In this document: positions 37,153 through 47,658 of the stretch, piece after piece
Layout of the letters: every line of letters begins with the position of its first letter
Numbering within the stretch: position 1 is the stretch's first letter
From: Rebecca billardiae RCC1528
Lineage: Eukaryota > Protista > Haptophyta
Length of the DNA: 64,000 nucleotides
Direction of reading: 5' to 3'
NCBI GenBank assembly: GCA_965240325.2
Contig: OZ251228.1
Span: 1,116,001 to 1,180,000, forward strand
The notes under the pieces: generated by a model
What the model was told of the DNA's origin: nothing
Database searches by the model: none
What the model saw: the letters and a program-made list of their open reading frames with translations, nothing else
Made by a program: the position numbers and the translations under genes

Positions 37153-37449
37153 CTCCCGGCCGCAGGTTCCGGGAGATCGTCGCCGTGCTGGCTGGTGATT
37201 TCGTCATCCGGGAAAATATTAAAATAATGTAGTGTTGCTCGCCTGGTGACCCGGACCCGCCACGCTCCCCTCCTTGGAACGACGGTTGGCCACGGGATGC
37301 AAGCGCTTCACCCCGACTGGCCGAGGTCGCCGGAGTGAAAGGGAGTCAGTCAGTGCCCGCGCCCTGCTGGCCAGTGGCGGCGCGGCGGCCCGCGGATCAG
37401 GCAGGCGGACATGATGAGGATTTTCTGACACACGCCCTCGGCGCTGCGG

Positions 37450-38290
37450 GCGCGGATATGCCCGCGGAGCCGGCACATGTGGACGGGGTGTTGTGCGAGA
37501 GCATCTGGCGCCCTCCTGCGCCGCGTGTCTTGCGCCACGCCTCTTTCGCCTCGGCTCAGCGCAACGCGCACGCGCGTGCCACCTCAAGGCCAGCCTTGCC
37601 GCGCCGCAGCGCGCGCCGCAGCGCGGCGTGGTCGGGAAGGAGCGGGCGCTGCTGCCGGGCGAGATGGCGACGTCATATTCGCACGCCATGCCGCCCCGCG
37701 ACGCCTTGACGAGCGTATCGTCGGCCCGTTTGCATGCCTCTTCGACTTGTCACGAATGGCGTGCACGGCCCTTGCGCGGGCCTTGCGGTGCCCCTTGTAG
37801 GGACGATCATAGAGACACAGAACAGCGCCAGACGGGCGCGCGGGCTATGCACGCATGAGTGTTGACCGCCGCATGGTCATGTACAAGTGCTGGATGCGAC
37901 GCGCTCCTCGCGCTGATGCTCTTTCATCATTTTCTTTGAGCTCAAGTCTGGTTTCAGGCATAACACTTGATCAGCACTCGTCAACAGCTGTGCAGATCCG
38001 TTGGCGTGCCCTTTCGCGGCGTCGCGGGGGGGCATGGCGGGCGAATATGACATCGCCATCTTGTCCAGCAGCAGCGCTCGCTCCTGCCTGACCACGCCGC
38101 GCACGGCGCGCGCGCGGTCGGCCGCGGCGCGGCAAGCCGCAAGGCTGGCCTTGAGGCGGCGCGTGCGTGCGCGTTGCCCTGAGCCGAGGCTAAAGAGGCG
38201 TGATGCAAGACGCGCGGCGTAGAAGGGCGTCAGATGCTCTCGCATAACAGCCCGTCCACACGCACCGGCTCCGCGGGCACATCCGCGCCG
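37450..38290. repeat. Degenerate inverted repeat (arms ~37450-37706 / ~38016-38290) between divergent XPO6 and WD40-kinase genes
   Basis: GATGGCGACGTCATATTCGCACGCCATGCC versus GGCATGGCGGGCGAATATGACATCGCCATC; many mismatches, no clear termini. Confidence 0.8.
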
Positions 38291-38538
38291 CCAGGTGAGC
38301 ACGCCCTCGCCGCCGCCGCCGCCGGGCGGGCGTGGGCTAATAGAAAGACGTGAACGTCCCGGCCAGGACGGTCGCCGAGCGGCGGCAGCCGCCGGACTCT
38401 TCCCTTGGCCCTCCTTGCCTCCGTTCGCCAGTGTGTCGCTTGACGGCGTCGGTGTCCACTGACCAGTGGCCAGGACCCCATTTGAACCGCGCCTCCTCGG
38501 CACCGCGCCGGCTCGCGAAAGGATCGACCTCAGGAGCG

Positions 38539-41500
38539 ATGGAGGCGTGCGTGCGCACCATCGTGGGGCACACCGAGTCGGTGTACTCGGTGGCGACCTC
38601 GAGCGCGGACGGCGGCTGCCGCTGGGCCTTGTCCGCGTCTGCCGACGAGACAGTGCGGCTGTGGGATCTGCACTCGGGCGCGTGCGTGCGCATATTCAAG
38701 GGGCACACCTCCTGGGTGAACTCGGTGGCGACCTCGAGCGCGGACGGCGGCTGCCGCTGGGCCATGTCCGCGTCTGCCGACGAGACAGTGCGGCTGTGGG
38801 ACCTGCAGTCGGGTGCGTGCACGCGCACCCTCAAGGGGCACACATGGGGGGTGAACTCGGTGGCGCTCTCGAGCGCGGACGGCGGCTGCCGCTGGGCCGT
38901 GTCCGCGTCTGCCGACAAGAGTGTGCGGCTGTGGGACCTGCAGTCTGCGGGCGCATGCGTGCGCGTCTTCCAGGGGCACACCGACTGGGTGCTCTCGGTG
39001 GCGATCTCGAGCGCGGACGGCGGCTGCCGCTGGGCCGTGTCCGCGTCTGCCGACAAGAGTGTGCGGCTGTGGGACCTGCAGTCGGGCGCGTGCTCGCGCG
39101 TTTTCGAGGAGCACATCGACCAGGTGCTCTCGGTGGCGATCTCGAGCGCGGATGGCGGCTGCCGCTGGGCCGTGTCCGCGTCTGCCGACAAGAGTGTGCG
39201 GCTGTGGGACCTGCAGTCTGCGGGCGCATGCGTGCGCGTCTTCCAGGGGCACATCAACCGGGTGCTCTCGGTGGCGATCTCGAGCGCGGATGGCGGCTGC
39301 CGCTGGGCTATGTCCGCGTCTGCCGACAACACTATGCGGCTGTGGGACCTCAAGTCGGGCGCGTGTCTGAGAACCCTCGCGGGGCACACACACTGGGTGC
39401 GCTCGGTGGCGATCTCGAGCGCGGACGGCTGCTGTCGCTGCGTAGTGTCCGCGTCTGCCGACAACACCGTGCGGCTGTGGTCGCTCGCACCGCCTTCCGA
39501 GGCGCCGGGCGCAGCTGCACCGGTGGCGCTGGTAGACGAGGTGCTCGCGCCGCGCGCTGGTGACGCGCCTCCGGGCGCTATTGATGGCCAGGCCGCGCTC
39601 GAGGCTCTCGCCGAGTTGCGGGGCGCGGCGAACACTGCGCGCGCCGCGCTCGGCGCCGAGCAGGCTGCGATCCGCGCCGCCCTCGGCCGTGGCGGCGTGG
39701 ACGAGGCGCGGCTGTCGCGGCGCGATGCGCGGCGTGCCGAGCTGCGTGCCGCGCTCGAGGCGTACGTCGACGCGCTCGTGGACTCTCATCAGCGGCTGGC
39801 GGCGCTGCGTCGCGAGGCGCGCGCGTTGCGAGCGGCGCTCGAGCGCGCGGGCGCAGAGCAGCCGCACCCGCCGGCCGCCGACGGGTCCGGTCCGGCGTTC
39901 CTGCCGCCGTCTCGCGCGCTCGATCGCGCGGTGAGCGTGATGATGCGCGCGTACGACGTCACACCGCCGCCCTCCGGCGCGGGCGCGGGCGGCGCGGCGC
40001 TCGCGGCCGTGTGGGAGGTGGCGCGCCAGGCCATCGCCCTCGCGGCGCGCGGCATGTACGCTGACGCGGACGACGGCGCATGCGCCTCGGCGTGGGCGCT
40101 CGCCATGCCCTGCCTGTGCGACGCGGCACGCGATGCCGCCGGTGATGGCGGTGATGTCGTCCGCCTGTCCGATGCGGCGCGCGCGCGCGCGGACGCGTGT
40201 GACCAGATCGCCGCGACGGCCGAGCGCACGCGCGCGCTCGTGCGCGAGGCGGAGGCGGAGGCGCGCGAGATCCGCGCGCTGCCGCCCGCCGAGCGCGCGC
40301 ACGGCGCGCACGAGCTGCGCGAGCGCGAGGAGGCGTGCAAGGTTTCGTCGCGCGCGCTGCGTCTCGCGCACCGCGCTCTTGAAGATGCTCAGGACGACGG
40401 CGGCGACGTGGACGGCGCGCAGCGCGCGCTCGTCGACGCGCAGCGGCGCGCGCAGCGCACGCAGCGCGCGCGCGAGCGCTCGCTCGACCAGCTGTACGAG
40501 CTGGCGGACGGGCCGTTCCCCGAGCTGCCCGCCATGCTGCCCGGCGTGTTCGACGGCGCAGGCGCGCTGCCCGCGCGCGCGCGACCGGCGTGGCTGCACG
40601 GGCGCACGTTCGCGCAGTACGAGCCGTGCGAGTGGCCCGACGGCGCGGCGCCCGGCCGCGCGCGGCATGATGTGCTGCTGTGCGCGTTCGCAGGCGAGCG
40701 CGTCGTCCTGAAGGTGTACCGGCTGGCGAGCGACACGGAGCGCCGGCGGCTCGAGCGCGAGGTGGAGTTTGCGCTGGCGCACGCGCACCCAAACCTCGCG
40801 CGCGTGGCCGGCGTCTTCGTCGACGAGTCGCGCGGCGCGCTCGTGCAGATGCCGCTCTACTCGGGCGGCACGCTGGTCGGCTGGCTCAAGCAAGACGAGG
40901 CGGCGGGCTTGCCGCCCGAGGCGAAGCGCTTCGGCGCGCCGGGCGCGCGTATGCTCGAGCCAGCGCACGCGCGCGTCGCGCCCGTGCGCGTGCGCGCGCT
41001 GCGGCAGCTGCTGGGCGCGCTTGCGCACCTGCACGCGCGCGGCGCGGTGCACGGCGACGTGAAGCTCGAGAACGCGTTCGTGCAGCTGCCGGGCGACGAC
41101 GCGGCCAAGCGGCCGCTCGGCGCGGCCGAGCCGTTCCGCGTGCTGCTCGGCGACTTCGACCTGACGCGCGCGGAGGAGGCGCAGCACGCTGGCGGCGTGG
41201 CGAGCGCGACGACGCGCGTGGGCGCGGGCACCGAGGGCCACATGGCGCCCGAGCTGCTCCAGCCCGGCGCGCGCGCGAGTGCGGCCTCGGACGTGTTCGC
41301 GTTTGGCGTGTGCGTGCTCCGCGCGCTCGCGGCGGACGATGAGACACGCGCCGCGCTTGTGGGCTCGCTCCAGGGCGCGCGCGCCGCGGCGGCTGCGCTG
41401 GGCGAGCCGCTCGTCATGGCTGCTCTGTCGGACGCGCCGGACGCGCGGCCGAGCGCGGCGGAGCTCGAGAGCGCGGCGCTGTGGGCGGCGAGCGACGACG

Positions 41501-42330
41501 TACTGCGCGCGGCCGAGGCTGAGCACGAGGCGGCGGCCGCGACCGCGCGCGCCGCGCTGCGCACGTGCGCGGTGTGCTTGGACGAGGAGGTGCCGCCGGA
41601 CGAGTGCGCTGAGTGCGCGGGCGGCGGGCACGCGGTGTGCTCGGTCTGCCTCTCGAGTCACGTGCGCGTGTGCGCGCAGCCCGACGGCGGCGGCGGCGCG
41701 GTGCTCGACGCGGACGGGCGCGTGCCGTGCGTCGAGGCGGGCAACGGCTGCGCACACGCGTACCTGGATGGCGAGCTCGCGCGCCACACAGCCGCAGCCG
41801 CGTTCGACGAGTATTGGCGCGCACGCGAGCAGCGAGCCGAGGCGCGCGGCGAGGAGCGCGCAGCCGCGCGCGCGCACTCCGAGGTCGTTCGCCTCGCGGC
41901 GCTCGACGTGCCCGAGCGCTTGCTCGAGCAGCGGCGCGCGCACATCATCGAGGAGATCCTCACGCTCAAGTGCCCGCGCTGCGGCACGGCGTTTGCCGAG
42001 CGGCTCGACGGCGCGCGCGGCTTCGACGGCTGCTGCGCGCTGCGCTGCGCGCGCGATCGGTGCGGCTGCCACTTCTGCGCGTACTGCCTCGCCGACTGCG
42101 GCGCCGACGCGCACCCGCACGTGCTCGGCTGCGAGCACGGCAACGGCACGCCCTTTGCGCAGCGCGGGGAGTTCGAGGCGGCGCAGCGCGCGCGCCGCGA
42201 GCGCGCGCTGCGCAGCTACCTCACCGCCGAGGCGGGCCCGGATGGCGCGGCGCGCCAAGCGATCGTCGCGTCCGTCGAGCGCGAGCTGCGCGACCTGCGC
42301 ATCGATCCCGACGCACTCGCGCGCGCGTGA
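38539..42330 (+). CDS. WD40 propeller (7 repeats) - helical/coiled region - protein kinase - RING1 and RING2/Rcat-like zinc fingers (RBR-like E3)
   Basis: ATG at 38539 (MEACVRTIVGH); seven GH...WD/WS repeats; VLK, HGDVKLEN, DFD, APE, DVFAFG; CAVC...C...H..C..C...C.....C RING; KCPRC...DGCCALRC....C..HFCAYC...H RING2-like. Confidence 0.9.
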   Translation: MEACVRTIVGHTESVYSVATSSADGGCRWALSASADETVRLWDLHSGACVRIFKGHTSWVNSVATSSADGGCRWAMSASADETVRLWDLQSGACTRTLKGHTWGVNSVALSSADGGCRWAVSASADKSVRLWDLQSAGACVRVFQGHTDWVLSVAISSADGGCRWAVSASADKSVRLWDLQSGACSRVFEEHIDQVLSVAISSADGGCRWAVSASADKSVRLWDLQSAGACVRVFQGHINRVLSVAISSADGGCRWAMSASADNTMRLWDLKSGACLRTLAGHTHWVRSVAISSADGCCRCVVSASADNTVRLWSLAPPSEAPGAAAPVALVDEVLAPRAGDAPPGAIDGQAALEALAELRGAANTARAALGAEQAAIRAALGRGGVDEARLSRRDARRAELRAALEAYVDALVDSHQRLAALRREARALRAALERAGAEQPHPPAADGSGPAFLPPSRALDRAVSVMMRAYDVTPPPSGAGAGGAALAAVWEVARQAIALAARGMYADADDGACASAWALAMPCLCDAARDAAGDGGDVVRLSDAARARADACDQIAATAERTRALVREAEAEAREIRALPPAERAHGAHELREREEACKVSSRALRLAHRALEDAQDDGGDVDGAQRALVDAQRRAQRTQRARERSLDQLYELADGPFPELPAMLPGVFDGAGALPARARPAWLHGRTFAQYEPCEWPDGAAPGRARHDVLLCAFAGERVVLKVYRLASDTERRRLEREVEFALAHAHPNLARVAGVFVDESRGALVQMPLYSGGTLVGWLKQDEAAGLPPEAKRFGAPGARMLEPAHARVAPVRVRALRQLLGALAHLHARGAVHGDVKLENAFVQLPGDDAAKRPLGAAEPFRVLLGDFDLTRAEEAQHAGGVASATTRVGAGTEGHMAPELLQPGARASAASDVFAFGVCVLRALAADDETRAALVGSLQGARAAAAALGEPLVMAALSDAPDARPSAAELESAALWAASDDVLRAAEAEHEAAAATARAALRTCAVCLDEEVPPDECAECAGGGHAVCSVCLSSHVRVCAQPDGGGGAVLDADGRVPCVEAGNGCAHAYLDGELARHTAAAAFDEYWRAREQRAEARGEERAAARAHSEVVRLAALDVPERLLEQRRAHIIEEILTLKCPRCGTAFAERLDGARGFDGCCALRCARDRCGCHFCAYCLADCGADAHPHVLGCEHGNGTPFAQRGEFEAAQRARRERALRSYLTAEAGPDGAARQAIVASVERELRDLRIDPDALARA

Positions 42331-42569
42331 GATGAGCCCGCGTATCTGGACATCAGGTACGGTACGCGGCGTCCGGAAAGCAACGACGCGAGCGCGGCGA
42401 GCAGCTCCGGCCCTCGGCGCGGGACGCGCGCGCGGCCGCCTGCGGGCTGCTAGGCGGCGCTGCGCGGCTCGGCCACGGCTGGCGCGCGCTACGCGGCATC
42501 GAGCCCACCACACGCCGGGCGCACCACGGGTGGCAGACCGCCCGCGCCCAGCGCCGCGCGGACCACCTC

Positions 42570-42880
42570 GGACCTCGACGCACGTCGCCACCCAACCGCG
42601 CGCCGTCGTGGCGCGCCGCTCCATCTCCCTGTCTCGCCGACTGCTGCGGCAAAATACACCATGACGAGCATTTCATCCCAAACCTCCTCGACGCGCGTCG
42701 CCACCCAACTGCGCATTGTCGCGGCGCGCCGCTCCATCTCCCTGTCTCGCCGACTGCGGCAAATACATCATGACTACGAGCATTCACCTCCTCGACGCGT
42801 CGCCTCCCAACCCGTCTCAACCGCTCCCAGTCCCAACCCGTCGACCGTCTCAACCGCGCATCGTCGTGGCGCGTCACGGG
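42570..42880. repeat. Degenerate ~110-bp tandem repeat (~2.5 copies)
   Basis: GGCGCGCCGCTCCATCTCCCTGTCTCGCCGACTGC occurs twice; CCTCGACGC.CGTCGCC three times. Confidence 0.8.
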
Positions 42881-43299
42881 CATCATCACGTAGCGTGCTT
42901 TATACGTGCGCGTAATTTACGCGTAGTATAATGCGCCGATCGTCTAGCTGCCGACTCGCGCCAGCAATCAGCATAGTTATATATATAGCTAGCTACGACA
43001 TGCCGCGAATCCGATTATACGATATAGCAGTAGCAGACTCTTCCGGAAGCAGCGGAAGCTAGTGAGTCAGTGTAGTAACTTAGACTTTACAGAGTCTGCC
43101 AAAACTAAAAGGCCGCGAATCCGATAGCAGCGTAGCTAAACTAGTGTAGTAACTTAGTTACAGAGTCTGCCAAAACTAAAAGCAGACTTTTAATGGCGGG
43201 CCGTTAATTTAATTGTCTGCTGAGTGCTGATGCCCGTTGACCGTTATTATTATTTCTTCGCGGTGATGACACTTGACAGCATGTCATCTAATCATCATC

Positions 43300-43401
<102 letters not shown>

Positions 43402-43565
43402 TCCGATGCAGAAGGTCCCGATTTTACAGGAGCTCCGCTGCGAGCCGGAGTATTAATGACCTAGCCGGAAAGCATACTAAATAATGGAGGTGCTAGAACG
43501 ACGACTGCTTCCTGTGGCTGTGCGTGGCGGTGCGCGCAGGACAGCGCCGGAATGCCGCATGCGAC

Positions 43566-43696
43566 TGTTGGATGGCGTCAATCACTGCTACGCCTTATTA
43601 ATCAATAAGTGTGCACCTTGACGCATATACCCATACAGTTTACTATGATTTATTAAAGTGCACACTTGGTTAAGGCGTGATTAACGCCATCCAACA
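43566..43696. mobile_element. Small hairpin MITE-like repeat TGTTGG...CCAACA; partial degenerate copy at 45135-45226
   Basis: TGTTGGATGGCGTCAATCAC...AAGTGTGCAC inverted against GTGCACACTT...GTGATTAACGCCATCCAACA; no TSD seen. Confidence 0.55.
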
Positions 43697-44642
43697 CTCA
43701 TGAAATGTAGTACTGCTCATCAGTCGCGACGACTCTAATACCTTACCAGATCATAAATGCTATTCATCATAAATGCCTCATTGCCTTGATCGGCGAGCTG
43801 TTTCAGGCTTACACTTGCGTCGCGCGGGTAATCGCCTTCACATTTCTTAAAGGGAATCTTGGGATAACCGCGAAGCTCCGAGCGCTAACGAGCCCTGCTA
43901 AAAGCTCACCGCGCGCGACAGGACGGACATCGCCTCCACGGGCTACATTGCCTCTGCAACTTGGCTGTGGCAAGCTGGGTGATCGTTCTTCGTATTCGTT
44001 TCGCCCCGAACTGAATTTGCTTCGGGCCAATCGGCGGCTGCGCTCGTGCCAGCCGTATCGCGTCGTTAACGCGACAGATTATTCGTGCGGTGAGCAGCTT
44101 CGTCGCGGGAAGCAGCTGATATGATTCCACTTGCACAGTGCACTGGTGGTAGTGATGAAGGATCAAAGTCCATTACGGCGGCAGCATGGCGGCCTGGCCG
44201 AGATGCTCGTCTGGCTCGCCATCTGCTCGCCGCAGCGCGTCGCGCCGGGTCGTGCAGCCCGCGTGCGCGCCGACCTGCAAGATGTGTGCGCTTGGTATCG
44301 GTGAGCCGCCCCGCGTCAGCACGCGTGGGCGCCTCCGACTTGCTTCAGCCGCTGCGCGCGCGCCGCGCGCGCGCGCGCCGTCCGCGCACCGTATTGCCTC
44401 GCAGCAGCCGCGCGTCCGCGCACTGCTATCTCGTAGCAGCCGCGCCACCGGTCCGCCTGCTGCGGCACCGGCCCTGGCACCCCGGCGACGACGCCATCTG
44501 CTGAGATGCGCGCCCCAGGCCGCGTCAGCTCAACAGAGAATGTTCGATTCACGATTCAGGGCAAGGGTTTGGTTTGTTATTTCAATAGCTAGCAGACCGT
44601 TGATTGCCACCCGCATTCGGCATTGGCTTTGAATAATCAATA

Positions 44643-44935
44643 ATGTTGTATTAATCCCGAATTTCCTACGTGCACGATTTCTTTTCTTCTCCAGGCGGTT
44701 GGCTCCAACCGTCCGGATGGTCGAAGTATCCGGCACTGCCTGCAGAGCTGCAGGCGAAAGCTGCGCTGCCAGTTACGTATGGCGGCCGTTTGCCCCCCAC
44801 CCACCGCTTTTGTATCCGTTTCTGAGGACCTTCACCGCCCGCTCGTCCGCACGGAGGCGCTGCTGATGACGTCCGCAGGGACACCGTGATAAGCCCCTGC
44901 GTGACCGGGGAACTGGTAAGGCGGAATAAACATCA
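44643..44935 (+). mobile_element. Dispersed repeat end with hammerhead-like motif and AATAAA (candidate Penelope-like element terminus)
   Basis: Homologous to 63594-63998; last 44 bp identical; CTGATGA at 44863, AATAAA at 44925. Confidence 0.45.
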
Positions 44936-45673
44936 AATAATCAGAATACATACACTGATCCAGGCGCAGCACCCTCCCCGTGTGGTGTCAGAGCGCGCTC
45001 TCGAGCGCGTGCCTCCGAGCGCGGGGCGGCCGTTCTTGCTGCAATGGCCGCCTCGATGAGGTGCGGCAACGCGCCCCTCACCTGCCTGCGCCGGTCTGTT
45101 TTGTGGCGGTGTCTTTGTGCAGTACATCACTACATGTTGGATGATGATCTCATGATGATGGCGCGTCAATCACGCCTTAACCAATAAGTAGTGTGCACGA
45201 GTTAAAGCAGAGTCGTGTAAACTGTACCAATAAGATGCGGATCTCGATCTGGGAAAGGTCCACTACACTTTTCGGCATCAATTCTATAATTATGTCGTAG
45301 TATTTGGCCCGGAATTTCTGTACTCACACTCATGCCGTTATTCAAAATAAGGATTAATATTTAATAGCTTACGGGGTGGTAAGAACGCGGCGGTACAAAC
45401 GCAATCAAATCTAATCAGCGCGGACTGTCATATCCACTCACTACACCTTTTCCCTCCTAATTCCGTCTGCAAAATGCGAAATCCCCCAAACTCCTCACTC
45501 CTGCTGCGCGCGTTATCTTTGTTTTGATTTTATTCATTTTGCGGAGCATGCGCGCGCCGCTCCCCCGGCTTCGCTCCGACGCTCAGACCCTTGGCGGGGG
45601 TCCGTGGCCGTGCGCCATAAAGTGACACTGGTGGGGCGGCCTTCGCTCTACAGTAGCATAGCTGATTGCTCAG

Positions 45674-46327
45674 TCAGCGGCCTGTGACAAATGGCACAGA
45701 GAGGTCGCCTAGCTGAAGGCATCCACGCTCCAGGTCAATCACAGCCCTGTATTTCCGCATCATGTCGAGACCGAGGAGAAGCTCTGGGCCATGCCGCTGG
45801 TCCAGGACGGTGAGCGTGAGCGAGACGCGGGCGTTTGAGCCGCCAAGCTGCAGTTCAGCCAGGTGCACGCGTCCCACAATGTGTGCCGTGCCAACACCCG
45901 CAGCCACTCCGCGGAACTTGGTGTCGATCAGACGCGATAGACCGCATCGCTCGGCACATGCACGCGTGATGACGGTCATCTGCGCCCCAGTATCCACAAA
46001 TGCGCGAAGCCTCTCGCCGTTCAGCGTGCACTGCACATACAGCATCTCCACAGGGACGAATGCCTCGGGATTCGCCTCGATGGCGAGAGCGCGATTCTCG
46101 CGGATCACCTCACGCCCCGCGTCGGGGGCACGACCGACCAGCGATGCGGAAGGGTGCCGCGCGCGGTGGATTTCTTGCGCCTGCAGTGCGCGCGCGAGCT
46201 GCTCATCCACGTCTCCGGAACGTCTACCCGAAGCCATCTGCGAACGGCAGCCGCGCGGTGCTCCCGGAGCGGTTTGCCCAGAGACGGGTCCAGACGCGCC
46301 TCGGCCGCTCGCTCCAGAGCTATCCAT
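45674..46327 (-). CDS. DDI1-like retroviral-type aspartyl protease with UIM-like motif, no UBL/UBA seen
   Basis: PEAFVPVEMLYV, AFVDTGAQMTVIT..CAERCGL.RLIDTKFRGVAAGVG, LLGLDM are the DDI1 RVP signature; DEQLARALQAQE is UIM-like. Start uncertain. Confidence 0.88.
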   Translation of the reverse strand: MDSSGASGRGASGPVSGQTAPGAPRGCRSQMASGRRSGDVDEQLARALQAQEIHRARHPSASLVGRAPDAGREVIRENRALAIEANPEAFVPVEMLYVQCTLNGERLRAFVDTGAQMTVITRACAERCGLSRLIDTKFRGVAAGVGTAHIVGRVHLAELQLGGSNARVSLTLTVLDQRHGPELLLGLDMMRKYRAVIDLERGCLQLGDLSVPFVTGR

Positions 46328-46476
46328 ACCTCTTCCTTGATCAGCGGGAAATCGACGCCGGCCAAAGCGAACACCCAACGGCGCGCGGCCTTCCCCAAGC
46401 TGGCGGTGGGAGCTGTTGTGTGGCGGGTGTGCGTGCGCGGGCGGCATTATTTTCCCAAGCGGCGGCCGCGGCCGCC

Positions 46477-47658
46477 ATGTGTGGGCGCGCGTGCATGGCG
46501 CTCCCCGCGGACAGCGTCGCGCGCACGTCGCGCACGTCACGTTGGGTCGATCGCGAGGCCTACACCCCGTCCACCAACGTGTGCCCTGGCCGACGCTTGC
46601 CGGTCGTGTACCGTGCCGACGGCGGCGGCCGCACACTGCACACGATGGCATTCGGCCTCGTGCCCTCATATCAGAAGGCAGAGGAGAAGCCCGACTTCTT
46701 CCGGATGATGAACGCACGGAGCGAGACGGCCGCGTCCAAGCCCGCCTTCCGCCGCTTGGTGAGCGCCCGGCGCTGCGCTGTCCCCATTCAGGGCTTTTAC
46801 GAGTGGCGGCAGGAGCAGGATGGCCGCCGCCAGCCATTCTTCGTGACGCCCGCGCGGACGGCGGAGGGCCAAACCACGGGCGTGAAGCGCGAGTCGGACT
46901 CAGATGCACGGCACGACGACCCGGTGCTTTGGCTCGCGGCTTTGTACGACGAGTGGGCACGCCCCGACGCCGAGCAGCGCCTCTACTCCTTCACGATTCT
47001 GACGACAGAAGCCGCGCTAGACCTGGCCTGGCTGCACGAGCGCATGCCGGCCGTCCTCGCCACTGACGCCGCGGTCGAGCGCTGGCTGGACGTGGGACGC
47101 GTGCCGGCGGCGATTGCGCTCCAGGACTGCGTGCCGTGCGACGGCCTCAGGTGGCACCCCGTGCACCCGCGCGTGGGTAAAGTCTCCTATCAGGGCGCAG
47201 ACGCGTGCGCACGCTACGAGCCCATCCGCATCACTGCCTTCTTCGGCAAAGGACGGGCAGCGGGCGCTGGCTGGGAGGACGTGGCGCGGGAGGCAGCCTC
47301 ATCGGCTTGCGCGCCGGCCGCCGACGGCTCGGGCGCGCGCGAAGCGGACGCCATGGCTATGCTGGCTGCCACGCCACATGGCACTGCGCTGTGTGCTCAG
47401 CCCGTTTCCAACGCGCCATCGCCGTCGGCCGCTCACACACCAGCCATCAGCACCAAGCGGCAGGCCGCAGCTGGGCCGCAGGCTGACGCGCAAAGCGACG
47501 AGCGCGTGGGCCGTCGGCCGCGCTTGGCATCGCCCGTCACCAAGGGGAACGCCAAGGCCAACAAGCAGGATGCCAGCACACCAAGGAAGCAGCCAACTCA
47601 GAATAATGTCGCACCCATCACGCGCTTCTTTGCACCTGGCGGGAGCGGGGGGTGCTAG
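46477..47658 (+). CDS. HMCES: SRAP-domain abasic-site processing protein (HMCES/YedK family), 393 aa
   Basis: N-terminal MCGR (catalytic Cys2), FGLVP, NARSET, GFYEW, SFTILT, HERMP; two PIP-like motifs (ITAFF, ITRFF). Confidence 0.95.
   Translation: MCGRACMALPADSVARTSRTSRWVDREAYTPSTNVCPGRRLPVVYRADGGGRTLHTMAFGLVPSYQKAEEKPDFFRMMNARSETAASKPAFRRLVSARRCAVPIQGFYEWRQEQDGRRQPFFVTPARTAEGQTTGVKRESDSDARHDDPVLWLAALYDEWARPDAEQRLYSFTILTTEAALDLAWLHERMPAVLATDAAVERWLDVGRVPAAIALQDCVPCDGLRWHPVHPRVGKVSYQGADACARYEPIRITAFFGKGRAAGAGWEDVAREAASSACAPAADGSGAREADAMAMLAATPHGTALCAQPVSNAPSPSAAHTPAISTKRQAAAGPQADAQSDERVGRRPRLASPVTKGNAKANKQDASTPRKQPTQNNVAPITRFFAPGGSGGC

Noticed and set aside
38530-42624. 1364-aa minus-strand ORF
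   Set aside because: Antisense shadow of the WD40-kinase-RBR gene; no domains.
43786-44124. Possible RT-thumb-like remnant (LIGELFQAY...)
   Set aside because: Similarity too short to support without a profile search.
46000-46476. N-terminal extensions of the HMCES ORF and of the DDI1-like ORF (to 46960)
   Set aside because: SRAP needs Cys at position 2 (ATG 46477); each extension overlaps the other gene antisense.
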